DNA of 64,000 nt from Clostridia bacterium (GCA_900755035.1 CAAEEZ010000016.1:89058-153057); one strand, 5' to 3'; shown: positions 18,058 to 27,322, counted from the stretch's first letter. Numbers and translations are program-made. Notes: generated by a model not told the origin, from the letters alone.

Positions 18058-19551
18058 TTAACTATATAGTTGAATATAATCAATACAGTTCTTATACTCC
18101 TCGTTCAACATTGCCTTTATAGACGTATTTTTATAGGAATTTGCTATCGCTTTTTGCGCAACCGTCTTAAAATACGAATCTACGTAAGAATAGTATTTTG
18201 TCGGAGGAACTACCACGTAATTTTCAGGAGCGCCCCAATATTTAATATACGATTCATATGCTGGGTCGCTTAGATACTCCTCAGATGCCGCTACCGATTT
18301 AACTGCTGGCAAGTGGCCTCTTTTTGCCCATTCTATGCCCGAATAATTTGCCATATAATCCATAAATACAGTTGCAGCCGCTGCTTTTGTATAGCTAGTA
18401 ACGGTATTCATTAAAGTGATTGCGTGTCCTTCGCCTTTTATAAGCGATGCATATTCCTTTTGAGAATCTTTTGCAAACATTCCCGATAAAGAACGAGTAG
18501 TGATATTATTAGCGCCACCGTCTTTTGCCATCATTTGATTGAAAGTTTGCATTTCTTTTTGCCATGCCCAAGGACCTTGTAATTTGAAAATACATTTACC
18601 ACTATTAAACGGAGCGTCGCCTACGTCGTAGGACGAACCGTAATCCTTGCTTAATGCCGTTTTATTGGTAGATTGCTCGCTTGGGAAAATCCAATCACGC
18701 AATACTTGTAAACCATTTGCAGTTTCATTACTATTCCAAGCAGGCATACCTTTCTCGTCTACAATCGAACCACCGTTTTGTACGGCTGCCGTATAATCTA
18801 CGAATTCGTGTACCCACATATCACCATACGATATAGGAAATGCCGTATACGCTTCTGCCGTAGACGCTTTTCTCCATTCCGTAGCGCTATATCCCTCGGA
18901 ATTTTCGCCTCTTATCCACAAATTATTATTTCTTGCTAATTCTGCTGCTTTATCCGCTACGCTACATAACTCTTCGTAATTTGTAGGAATAGGTAAATTG
19001 TTTTTTTCTAAAATATCTTTTCTCATACAAATAATTGCAGAGTGACAATCAATAGGTACGCCGTAAGCCTTACCGTTTATCGTTACGCTTTCTAATAGTG
19101 ATGGAACGAAATCGTTTTTATCAAACGACGCACCACTCTTGCCAAAAAAGAAATCTACTTCTTGTAACCATCCTCTTTCGTTATACTCAGCCACTCTTGC
19201 GCCGTGATTAAATAACATATCAGGAGCATTCTTTTTGTCGAATTGCATAGTATTACTTAGTAGAGTTTCTAAATCGTACCTGCTATGATGTTCAACCGTA
19301 ACGTGAATCATACCATCATACATTTTGTTAAATTCACTTACGATTTTATCTTGCGTATTCGCATCATCACCCGTCGTAACGCTCCACATCTTCAAATTAA
19401 TGTTTTGATATATTACGTTGCCGTTCTCGTCGTACTTTATGTCGCCATCACCTTGTAATGGTTGATTCGTACTTACGTTGCCTGCACAGCCAGCTAACAT
19501 TACCGATACTACTGCAAGCACCATAAACAAGCTAAATAATTTTTTTCTCAT
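18058..19551 (-). CDS. Extracellular sugar-binding lipoprotein of the ABC importer
   Basis: Signal peptide plus lipobox MLAGCAG. At 497 aa it is at the large end of the family-1 solute-binding proteins. It is the first transporter gene of the cluster. Confidence 0.85.
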   Translation of the reverse strand: MRKKLFSLFMVLAVVSVMLAGCAGNVSTNQPLQGDGDIKYDENGNVIYQNINLKMWSVTTGDDANTQDKIVSEFNKMYDGMIHVTVEHHSRYDLETLLSNTMQFDKKNAPDMLFNHGARVAEYNERGWLQEVDFFFGKSGASFDKNDFVPSLLESVTINGKAYGVPIDCHSAIICMRKDILEKNNLPIPTNYEELCSVADKAAELARNNNLWIRGENSEGYSATEWRKASTAEAYTAFPISYGDMWVHEFVDYTAAVQNGGSIVDEKGMPAWNSNETANGLQVLRDWIFPSEQSTNKTALSKDYGSSYDVGDAPFNSGKCIFKLQGPWAWQKEMQTFNQMMAKDGGANNITTRSLSGMFAKDSQKEYASLIKGEGHAITLMNTVTSYTKAAAATVFMDYMANYSGIEWAKRGHLPAVKSVAASEEYLSDPAYESYIKYWGAPENYVVVPPTKYYSYVDSYFKTVAQKAIANSYKNTSIKAMLNEEYKNCIDYIQLYS

Positions 19552-19569
19552 AATTATCCTCCTACCTAA

Positions 19570-20742
19570 TTAGAATTTCACTATCGTCGGGCCGAGTTTT
19601 TCCTCGCCTACCGAGGCTTTTCGCCCCTCAACGTACGGCATTCCATTTTCGTCCCATAATAATTTATCCATAAACACTATTCGCTCACTTGGGCGTTCTC
19701 CGTACACGTCGTATCCGTGATAGAATAGCCAATATTCGCCTGCAAAATCTTTTACTACCGCATTATGCCCTACCCCTACGACTTTATCGCTTGGCGATAT
19801 AACTTCTTCTCCATAAGGTGCTTTATCAAGCGTAATTCCGTCGTGCGTTGTGAACTTATCTAAAAATTTGTCTGCAACGCCAACCCTTACTTTATAAGTA
19901 GAATCCGTAGATGCAAGACACGTTCCTTGTGAACCAAAATAATATATTTTTCCATTGTGCTCTACTAGATAACTACCTTCGTAATTTATATCAACGTTCA
20001 TTCCATTTCCTTCGGTATTATCGTCAATCAAATAATGTACGTAGTCTTTTACTTGGTCACCGTAGAACAACTCCGTTCCGTCATCGGTAAGTTTAGTTGC
20101 CGCTATTCCAAAAAAACTACCCCACACCATGTATAATTCCTCACCATCGTAATACGGAAATGGGTCTATTCCGTTGCGAACTCCCGTCATTTTTTGGTCT
20201 AACAATTTTCCGTAATGCGTCCATGGTCCATAAGGCGTTGGCGCCGTTGCTACGCCTATTCCTGGATTATCGTCTCCCCAAAGAGATAAGGAATAATAAT
20301 AGTTATATCTTTCTCCAACCTTTATTACGGCTGGCGCCCATACGCCTGCATTTTTATCGTGCCAATCCAAAGCGTTTGGGTGTCCGTCAAAAACGCTACC
20401 TACCCACGTCCAATCAACTAAATTTTTACTTCTAAATATAGGTCCTCTATCATACTGCATCCCCTTATCACCCATTTCGCAGTAGGTATTAGTACAATAC
20501 ATATAAAAATATCCGCTTTCGTCATCTCGATATACGTCGGGGTCTGCTACCGTTACTTGATATTCCGAACCGTCTTGCTTATAAAACTTTAACGGGTTTG
20601 AATAAGTTTCATTAGTATATTCTCTTTTTGCAGGAAAGTTTGGATTTGTAGACGCAGTCGAACATCCCGCAGTAAAGATACAAGTAGCAATTATTAACAC
20701 TATCGCTATTGACGCTAACTTTTTATTCATAATTTTCTCCAC
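19570..20742 (-). CDS. Secreted GH43 lipoprotein (endo-arabinanase-like)
   Basis: Lipobox FTAGCS. Motifs ADPDVYRDD, GVWAPAVIKVGERYNYYYSLS, GIGVATAPTPYGPWTHYGKL and GVGHNAV. Confidence 0.8.
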   Translation of the reverse strand: MEKIMNKKLASIAIVLIIATCIFTAGCSTASTNPNFPAKREYTNETYSNPLKFYKQDGSEYQVTVADPDVYRDDESGYFYMYCTNTYCEMGDKGMQYDRGPIFRSKNLVDWTWVGSVFDGHPNALDWHDKNAGVWAPAVIKVGERYNYYYSLSLWGDDNPGIGVATAPTPYGPWTHYGKLLDQKMTGVRNGIDPFPYYDGEELYMVWGSFFGIAATKLTDDGTELFYGDQVKDYVHYLIDDNTEGNGMNVDINYEGSYLVEHNGKIYYFGSQGTCLASTDSTYKVRVGVADKFLDKFTTHDGITLDKAPYGEEVISPSDKVVGVGHNAVVKDFAGEYWLFYHGYDVYGERPSERIVFMDKLLWDENGMPYVEGRKASVGEEKLGPTIVKF

Positions 20743-20749
20743 AAATCGT

Positions 20750-21892
20750 TTACTTTTTTTCCAGACTATTTATATAAGGTCCTGGCAACATTTCGCCGTT
20801 ACTTGCAATGGTATCCTTTACGTAAGGCATTTTTGTATTTGTATCCCAAAGCAATTTATCTAGATACAAAACTCTTGGTTCTGCCGTTACAGTAGTATCA
20901 TAACCGTGATACAACATCCAATATTCGCCTAAATCATCTTGAATAACTGCACAATGTCCCGTGCCCATTGCCCCCGTTAAAGATGGTACAACTACGGCGT
21001 CGCCTCTATTTGGTCCAAACATATCTCTTCCTTTTGAGTCTAGGTACGGACCTTTCAAGGATTTTGACTTTGCAACCACTACGTGATAGGTAGATTTTTT
21101 ACCACTTAAACACGTGCCCGTTGACAAAAACAAATAATACCAGCCGTCTTTTTTAAGTATTATGCTACCCTCATAGTTGTCCATATTAAATATTTCAAAA
21201 CCGGCTAACGCAACCTTGTTGTTCTTTTGATATTCAACGCCACCCATTAGTCCTAATCCGTCGTCAGTAAGTTCTACAAGGGTAATAAGTCCTCCAAACG
21301 AACCAAAAACCATATATAATTTTCCTTCGTCGTAAAAGACGTGTGGGTCAATAGAATTAGTTACGCCTATTTCGTTACTATCAAATAATTTTCCGTAATG
21401 CGTCCACGGTCCATAAGGAGTAGGCGCTGTGGCAACGCCGATTCCAGGATTAGAATCTCCCCCCGTAGATAGAGAATAATAAAAATTCCATTTATCTCCA
21501 ACTTTGCACACGGTAGGCGCCCATACGCCTGCACCGTTCGTTCCCCAAGTAGGCGTGTAATTTTCGAACACGTCTCCTACGTATTGCCAACTATGCATAT
21601 CTATAGATTTCCAAATAGGACCTCTTTTGAAAGAAAGACTAGGAGTATAAACGTCCGTTTGAGTACAATACATATAGTACGTACCATCGTCATCACGAAC
21701 TATATAAGGATCTGCTTGATACGTGCTTTTCCTTTCTCCGTTAACAATAGGGAAAATAGGATTTGTATAAAAATTATTCTCTGCAACTATTGGCTCTTGC
21801 GGAACTACCGTTTGCGGTTCGTTCGCTTTGCAAGAAGCAAAAGCAGTTAATGTTACCAAACACGTTACAAACGTTAAAAACAACTTGTTCAT
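20750..21892 (-). CDS. Secreted GH43 lipoprotein (paralogue of 19570-20742)
   Basis: Lipobox AFASCK. Motifs ADPYIVRDDDG and GVWAPTVCKVGDKWNFYYSLS, plus the same GIGVATAPTPYGPWTHYGKL block as its neighbour. Confidence 0.8.
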   Translation of the reverse strand: MNKLFLTFVTCLVTLTAFASCKANEPQTVVPQEPIVAENNFYTNPIFPIVNGERKSTYQADPYIVRDDDGTYYMYCTQTDVYTPSLSFKRGPIWKSIDMHSWQYVGDVFENYTPTWGTNGAGVWAPTVCKVGDKWNFYYSLSTGGDSNPGIGVATAPTPYGPWTHYGKLFDSNEIGVTNSIDPHVFYDEGKLYMVFGSFGGLITLVELTDDGLGLMGGVEYQKNNKVALAGFEIFNMDNYEGSIILKKDGWYYLFLSTGTCLSGKKSTYHVVVAKSKSLKGPYLDSKGRDMFGPNRGDAVVVPSLTGAMGTGHCAVIQDDLGEYWMLYHGYDTTVTAEPRVLYLDKLLWDTNTKMPYVKDTIASNGEMLPGPYINSLEKK

Positions 21893-21919
21893 TAGTTGAT
21901 CACCTCCTATTCTTTGCTT

Positions 21920-21948
21920 ATATTATCATACAGCAACCTCGTTTTCAA
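21920..21948 (-). promoter_or_regulatory. Candidate sigma-70 promoter of the glycan-utilisation operon
   Basis: Minus strand: TTGAAA, 17 nt spacer, TAATAT with a TG extension (TGATAATAT). Lies about 30 nt upstream of the AGGAGG/ATG of ORF 20750-21892. Confidence 0.45.
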
Positions 21949-22019
21949 TATATTTTTTTACATTTTGTTATTTTTTTTTATGATAAACAATAAAAAAAGT
22001 TAATTTAATTTTCCAAAAA

Positions 22020-22048
22020 TTGACAAATAAAAAAATAGGTGTTATATT
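22020..22048 (+). promoter_or_regulatory. Candidate promoter of the AraC regulator, positioned for a leaderless transcript
   Basis: TTGACA (22020-22025), 17 nt spacer, TGtTATATT extended -10 (22040-22048). The ATG at 22055 is 7 nt after the -10 and no SD lies in between. Confidence 0.45.
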
Positions 22049-22054
22049 GAAAAT

Positions 22055-23062
22055 ATGAATAATCAAATTGAAAAACTTTCTGAACCTATTCCACGGCTAA
22101 AAGATGCCGATAACAGTTACTTTTTGTTAAAAAATTGGTATCTGGAAATTTTTGATTCTAATTTTACGATGGAATTTCATACTCATCCACAATATGAAAT
22201 TATGTACTGCGAAAGCGGTCAATTCGACCTAATTTGTAAAAAGGATAAAACGTCCAAACCTTTTGAGATAGCAACCGTTACTAATAATTGTTTTATTCTA
22301 ATAAATAATAGTTATTATCATAAATTAGCAAATATACACGGACCAACTAAAATTCTTAATTTGGAATTTTTGCCCACAAAAGACGTAATACTAGAAGAAA
22401 CGAAATCTTCGCAAATTATTAAACGTTTTTCGTTACCTCTTAAAAAACTGTTAGATATATCGCCTAATTTGGAAAAAATCGTTAAGATGGACCAAGACTT
22501 CTATATTTTCGTAGATAATAACAACATATTAGGCATTATGCGTGAAATATTACGAAAAACCGAAGAATCTAGCCCTGACGAGCGTGCAATAAATATTGCT
22601 TTGCTTACAAACAAATTGTTTTTAGATATTGCACATTGTTCATCACCTATCGGCTACAAAAAAACAGGTATTATTTACGTTGATACTGCTATGGCATATA
22701 TAAACTCTAATTTTCTTAAAAAGATATCCGTTGAAGAAATTGCTAATGCATCTGGCATTTCTACGGTATATTTACAAAAAATGTTCAAAGAACAATACGG
22801 GAAAACCGTACATAGAATTATAAACGAAAAAAGAATCGTTCAAGCAAAATACCTTCTACAACAAAGCAATGCAAATATGAACGTAATCGCTTCCCAATGT
22901 GGATTTGGCAGTTGCGAACATATGATATACACTTTCAAAAAAATTGAAGGTTGCTCTCCTTCTAAATATCGTACTAATTTTTCGTCAAAGTCGATTAGAT
23001 TTTTTTCACATCAAGGCGAAGTAAAATTGTATACTAGAAAATTTAGAAAAAATCAAAAATAA
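22055..23062 (+). CDS. AraC/XylS family transcriptional regulator (cupin sensor plus HTH)
   Basis: 335 aa. N-terminal cupin-like FHTHPQYEIMYCESG. C-terminal double HTH (ISVEEIANASGISTVYLQKMFKEQYG ... IASQCGFGSCEHMIYTFKK). Divergent from the glycan operon. Confidence 0.88.
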   Translation: MNNQIEKLSEPIPRLKDADNSYFLLKNWYLEIFDSNFTMEFHTHPQYEIMYCESGQFDLICKKDKTSKPFEIATVTNNCFILINNSYYHKLANIHGPTKILNLEFLPTKDVILEETKSSQIIKRFSLPLKKLLDISPNLEKIVKMDQDFYIFVDNNNILGIMREILRKTEESSPDERAINIALLTNKLFLDIAHCSSPIGYKKTGIIYVDTAMAYINSNFLKKISVEEIANASGISTVYLQKMFKEQYGKTVHRIINEKRIVQAKYLLQQSNANMNVIASQCGFGSCEHMIYTFKKIEGCSPSKYRTNFSSKSIRFFSHQGEVKLYTRKFRKNQK

Positions 23063-23137
23063 TTTATTATTAAAAAATAAAACATACTTAAACACTACTA
23101 TTTACTAGCAAAAATTATATTATCGCATACAAATAAA

Positions 23138-23155
23138 GCGACCTAATTAGGTCGC
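23138..23155. terminator. Bidirectional hairpin between convergent genes
   Basis: GCGACC-TAATTA-GGTCGC with A/T-rich flanks, between the AraC stop and the stop of ORF 23169-23591. Confidence 0.45.
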
Positions 23156-23168
23156 CGTTATTTTAATA

Positions 23169-23591
23169 TTATTTTTCTTCCTCTTTTCTTTCCTTATACG
23201 TTTTGTATCCTGCCTTTTGGTTGTCACCTGCGTCCCACTTCTTACCACTAGTAATTAGCGTACCTATTATCAATAGCGACGCAAGCACCACTGCTATTAT
23301 CGGCCATATTATTTCGGTTGGAAGTGCCAAAGCAAAAGCAATGCTTACGGCAACTATCACGAACATAATAGACGCTACTATTAAATACAGCCTTTTGGCT
23401 ACGACCGAGTTTCTTGCTAAAACGGCGTTTATCACAAACGCAATTCCGTTCATACCTGCAAAAACCACCACTCCCCACGCAAGATTAAATCCGCCCAAAC
23501 TATTAGGTTTTAGCGTGGATACAAGCCACAAAATAACCACTATCAAAAAGGAAAAACCCGATATAAGTTTTGGTATTATTTTTCTATTCAT
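23169..23591 (-). CDS. Hypothetical small membrane protein (about 4 TM)
   Basis: 140 aa with four hydrophobic segments and a charged C-terminal tail (KTYKERKEEEK). I recognise no family. Confidence 0.6.
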   Translation of the reverse strand: MNRKIIPKLISGFSFLIVVILWLVSTLKPNSLGGFNLAWGVVVFAGMNGIAFVINAVLARNSVVAKRLYLIVASIMFVIVAVSIAFALALPTEIIWPIIAVVLASLLIIGTLITSGKKWDAGDNQKAGYKTYKERKEEEK

Positions 23592-23720
23592 TTTCCACCT
23601 ATTTTATTCTACCGCTTTTACCACCAATTTACAAAACTGCCCCAAATTTCCACTTTTTCAAACTTTTTTGCTATTTATTTGAATTTATTTTATAAATTTA
23701 CTTATTTCTTAGTTAAATGA

Positions 23721-23749
23721 TTGACTTTACTTAAAATAGTTAATATAAT
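23721..23749 (+). promoter_or_regulatory. Near-consensus sigma-70 promoter upstream of the DUF898-like gene
   Basis: TTGACT (23721-23726), 17 nt spacer, TATAAT (23744-23749). Confidence 0.55.
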
Positions 23750-23874
23750 TCATTTGTAATCGTGATCAGTTATTTATTCTATTGTAAATAACCGATTTTT
23801 ATTGTCACTTTTAGGGGTTAGGGCTACCTAAAAGCGTATATCTGCCCTAAAATATAGGTTTTGGAGATGAGATT

Positions 23875-25221
23875 ATGAATTATTATGGCAAGTATTACGA
23901 AAAGTCGCTAAATAAGCGACTGGCTGTTAACTACGTTTCACGTGCTAGCGTTTGCGTATTTTTTAGTATAATTTGGTATATTTTATGTACAAATTTGAAT
24001 GCCACTTTTGAACTTTATTTAGTTCCTGTACCTGTTATTTTGTTTTCTGTATTTAACAAAATAAGTCACGTTGTTAGAACTAGCAGAGTGAATAGGCGTA
24101 CTTACTTTATTGCCGAAAATCTTGGCGACGACGTAAAGGCGCTTAAAAAGGAGTTTATAAAAAGGCGTTTCCCACGTGATTACGCTTTGATAATGGAAAC
24201 TACCGATAGTTACTACAAAAAATGCGAGGAGAAAAAGGAAGAATTTTTGGCTAATCCGCCCGCTCAAAACATATTAAACGACGGAATAGGCGATTTTTCA
24301 GGTGGTGCATTTGCAAGACTTGGTATGCTACTAGCATGCATTCTTATCCCCGCATTTACATTCGGCATAGGCTTTCCCGTTGCATACGTTCTATATCAAC
24401 GCTGGATTTTCAAAAACACTACCTACGACGGAAGACAAGTGATATTCGACGGAAAAATTTCAAACCTTATGCTAAAATGGATTGCCGGCATATTTATTTT
24501 AGTGCTGTGTGTTGCAATTCCGCAAATTCTTCAACTTGGTATGTATACCGTTTCTTTCATTGTAGTACCTCATTTCTATATTCTTATACTTCTTCCTTCA
24601 AGGCTACTTAGATGGAAGGTATCGCGTCTTCATATTGAAGGCGAAAACAGAATACTAGGCAGTTCTTGGACGGGCAACGCAATCCTATTAGACCTACTAT
24701 ATATCGGCACGTTCATTCTTTGGGTAATTACCCTAGGCATAATGAAACCCGTAAACATTTGTTGGCGTAAGTCCTACGTTCAAAAACACATGTTTATCGA
24801 CGGACACAACGTTCGTTTTGACGGCGACGGCGGACAAATGATAGGCAACTATATTTTGTGGAATTTGCTTTCGATAATAACACTTGGCATTTACGCCTTG
24901 TTTGTAAAAGTAAGAATTGCAAAATGGGTAAACAAACACACCCACCTTTCAAAAGCAGTTCGTCAAGCACCCGTAGTAAAAGAGGAAAAAGTAAAAAACA
25001 CTAGCCCTAAAACGGCAACCGCTCAAACGATAACTACCGAAAACGCTAGCGAGATACAAAGAAATAACGACAAAGTAAAAGCGGAACAAGCCGTTATAGC
25101 AAGCGAAGAAGTTGTGGCTAGCAAAGAGGAAACCGTAACCGTAGAAAACACCTCCGATACCATAAATATAGCAGGCGATGTTACAGAGCCTACGGATAAC
25201 GCTGATAGCGAAAATAACTAA
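23875..25221 (+). CDS. Membrane protein with two DUF898 (YjgN)-like repeats and an acidic low-complexity tail
   Basis: 448 aa. Two repeats of the type Y/FxGxxVxFDG...(hydrophobic)...TLGI (TYDGRQVIFDGKISNLMLKW...; FIDGHNVRFDGDGGQMIGNYILWNLLSIITLGIYALFVKVRIAKW). The C-terminal roughly 90 aa are T/E/N/S-rich. Confidence 0.65.
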   Translation: MNYYGKYYEKSLNKRLAVNYVSRASVCVFFSIIWYILCTNLNATFELYLVPVPVILFSVFNKISHVVRTSRVNRRTYFIAENLGDDVKALKKEFIKRRFPRDYALIMETTDSYYKKCEEKKEEFLANPPAQNILNDGIGDFSGGAFARLGMLLACILIPAFTFGIGFPVAYVLYQRWIFKNTTYDGRQVIFDGKISNLMLKWIAGIFILVLCVAIPQILQLGMYTVSFIVVPHFYILILLPSRLLRWKVSRLHIEGENRILGSSWTGNAILLDLLYIGTFILWVITLGIMKPVNICWRKSYVQKHMFIDGHNVRFDGDGGQMIGNYILWNLLSIITLGIYALFVKVRIAKWVNKHTHLSKAVRQAPVVKEEKVKNTSPKTATAQTITTENASEIQRNNDKVKAEQAVIASEEVVASKEETVTVENTSDTINIAGDVTEPTDNADSENN

Positions 25222-25285
25222 AATATAATTTGCTACTTGCAAACTATATATCTTACCCTATTTCAAAGCAATTTGAATAAAAATT

Positions 25286-25310
25286 CCCGACTACGAGGTC
25301 GGGTTTTTTA
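25286..25310 (+). terminator. Rho-independent terminator
   Basis: CCCGAC-TACGAG-GTCGGG followed by TTTTTT. Confidence 0.7.
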
Positions 25311-25357
25311 TAGTTTTATTAGGTTTTATCGGCTATTTAGCAGATTTTTTAATGCCG

Positions 25358-26524
25358 TTATTGTAAATTGGTATTTTTCTTCGTTATCTTAAACGTAAGT
25401 TCCGTCATAGTTATCATTAGCACGACGAACACGATAATATATATCGGCAATATATCAAATCCAAACGTTTTGCCAAGTAGCCCGAATAGTGGCGGAATAA
25501 AGGTAGAACCAACATAGGCGCTTGCCATCTGTATACCAATTATTGCGCCCGAATTTTCTGCGCCGAAGTTGTTTGGCGTGGAGTGGATAATGCACGGATA
25601 GATAGGCGCACAACCAAAACCTATTGTTACAAATGCAGACGGAGCAAGCATTGCGTTATCAACAGGAATAAACAGCAATATAATACCTATTATCAGTATA
25701 CTAGTACCAAGCAGTATCATTTTTCTGTCGCCCATCTTTTCGGCGATAAATCCACTTAAAAACCTACCCGCCGTAATGCCTATATAAAACAGCGAGGCAA
25801 ACTGCGCCGCTTGTTCGGTTGGTAGCCCTTTTACCTCAACAAAGTAGATGCTAGCCCAATACATCGTGGTTGCCTCTAATGCACAATAGGCAAAAAAGCC
25901 TATTAGTAAAAACGGCACGCCTTTTATTCTTAGCGCCTTAATAATGCCCACTTTTGCTTGTTTTTCGGTAACTCTATCCTCGTTTGCCTTCCACAGTGGC
26001 AACGTTAGTAGTAGCACCACACCTATTGCAATCTGCACGTAGCCTACTATTCTGTATCCATCGTTCCAAGTTGACGTACTAAGTGCGTAACTCATCACGA
26101 ACGGGCTAATAATTGCCCCTACGCCCCAAAAACAATGTAGCCAACTCATATGTTTGGATTTATAATGCACGGCTACGTAGTTGTTAAGTGCAGCATCTAT
26201 TGCCCCTGCCCCTAGTCCGTACGGAATAGCAAATAAAATCAGCATCCAAAACGCCGTAGAAAAGGAAAAACCTATCATTGCGCCAGCAGTTAGAAACACA
26301 CTAAATATCGTAACCAACTTTACGCCGAACCTTCTTGTTAGCATATCGGACATCAGGCTAGAAACTATCGTTCCGCCCGAGATAATCATAGATATTATGC
26401 CCATATACGAAACGGGTACGTTAAACCCTGCGTACATATCAGGCCAGCCTGCCCCCAGCAAAGAATCTGGAAGCCCCAAACTAATAAACGCTAAATATAT
26501 GATTGCAATTAGCAACGTGTACAT
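25358..26524 (-). CDS. MFS transporter
   Basis: 12-TM-like profile. The start is moved to the ATG at 26524 (MYTLLIAIIYLAF...), which is preceded by AGAGAGGA. The track ORF extends 13 codons further upstream. Confidence 0.8.
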   Translation of the reverse strand: MYTLLIAIIYLAFISLGLPDSLLGAGWPDMYAGFNVPVSYMGIISMIISGGTIVSSLMSDMLTRRFGVKLVTIFSVFLTAGAMIGFSFSTAFWMLILFAIPYGLGAGAIDAALNNYVAVHYKSKHMSWLHCFWGVGAIISPFVMSYALSTSTWNDGYRIVGYVQIAIGVVLLLTLPLWKANEDRVTEKQAKVGIIKALRIKGVPFLLIGFFAYCALEATTMYWASIYFVEVKGLPTEQAAQFASLFYIGITAGRFLSGFIAEKMGDRKMILLGTSILIIGIILLFIPVDNAMLAPSAFVTIGFGCAPIYPCIIHSTPNNFGAENSGAIIGIQMASAYVGSTFIPPLFGLLGKTFGFDILPIYIIVFVVLMITMTELTFKITKKNTNLQ

Positions 26525-26625
26525 ATTGTCCTCTCTGCAAACTATTTTCAGGTAAAGTTGCAAAATGCTTCTTTTCTCCCCGTAAATAGTCTATTTTTAT
26601 TAGATTATCTCAAAAAATCAATGTA

Positions 26626-26654
26626 ATTTTACTCGTTTTCGAAAAATTAGTCAA
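26626..26654 (-). promoter_or_regulatory. Candidate promoter of the MFS gene
   Basis: Minus strand: TTGACT, 17 nt spacer, TAAAAT. Confidence 0.4.
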
Positions 26655-26744
26655 CTTTACTTTTACAATTAAATAGTATCAATTTTATATTTTTACATAA
26701 AATATTATTCTAGCCAAATACTATCCCTTACCTACAAATTGCAA

Positions 26745-27179
26745 ATAAAAAAGCACGGACCTTTCTGTATCGCTTATTTTGTCTTAGGTGGGAACAAAAC
26801 GACATAAATATTTCTATCAAATTTTCATATCAATTTTCTTTTTCATTCTGCTTATTAACTATATCATAGTCGTGCGACCTTCGGTCTAATGTGCGTTCGC
26901 CTATTTGTAGTCAACCAATAAAAAAGCACGGAATAAATCCGTGCATAAGTAATTTTTCTATTCTATAATTTCTTTATTTAGAATTTTCACTCGTTCGTGG
27001 TAGGAACAATACGACATAGGTACATTTCTCAAAATTTTATACCACTTAATATGTTTTTTCTTGCTAAAAAACTACACCATAGTCGTGCGACCTTCGGTCT
27101 AATGTGCGTTCGCCTATTTGTAGTCAACCAATAAAAAAGCACGGAATAAATCCGTGCTTTTTTATTGGTGGGAACAATA
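26745..27179. repeat. Tandem repeat array (about 213-bp period) downstream of tRNA-Val, each unit carrying a terminator hairpin and a pseudo-copy of the tRNA-Val 3' end
   Basis: 80 bp at 26865-26944 are identical to 27078-27157. TGGTAGGAACAATA (26998-27011) and GGTGGGAACAA (26787-26797) copy the genuine tRNA-Val 3' end TGGTGGGAACAATA (27166-27179). A third partial hairpin arm, ATAAAAAAGCACGGA, lies at 26745-26759. Confidence 0.85.
27133..27163. terminator. Bidirectional intrinsic terminator ending the tRNA operon
   Basis: AAAAAA-GCACGG-AATAAAT-CCGTGC-TTTTTT, 3 nt after the CCA end of tRNA-Val. Confidence 0.75.
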
Positions 27180-27241
27180 GGGCTCGAACCTATGACCCTC
27201 TGCTTGTAAGGCAGATGCTCTCCCAACTGAGCTATGCTCCC
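27166..27241 (-). tRNA. tRNA-Val (anticodon TAC), CCA encoded
   Basis: Minus strand reads GGGAGCATAGCTCAGTTGGGAGAGCATCTGCCTTACAAGCAGAGGGTCATAGGTTCGAGCCCTATTGTTCCCACCA. Folds as a cloverleaf with anticodon loop CTTACAA. Confidence 0.9.
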
Positions 27242-27246
27242 GATTA

Positions 27247-27322
27247 TGGTGACCCCGACGAGAATCGAACTCGTGTTACCGCCGTGAAAGGGCGATGTCT
27301 TAGACCGCTTGACCACGGGGCC
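27247..27322 (-). tRNA. tRNA-Glu (anticodon TTC), CCA encoded
   Basis: GGCCCCGTGGTCAAGCGGTCTAAGACATCGCCCTTTCACGGCGGTAACACGAGTTCGATTCTCGTCGGGGTCACCA, with anticodon loop CTTTCAC. Confidence 0.9.
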
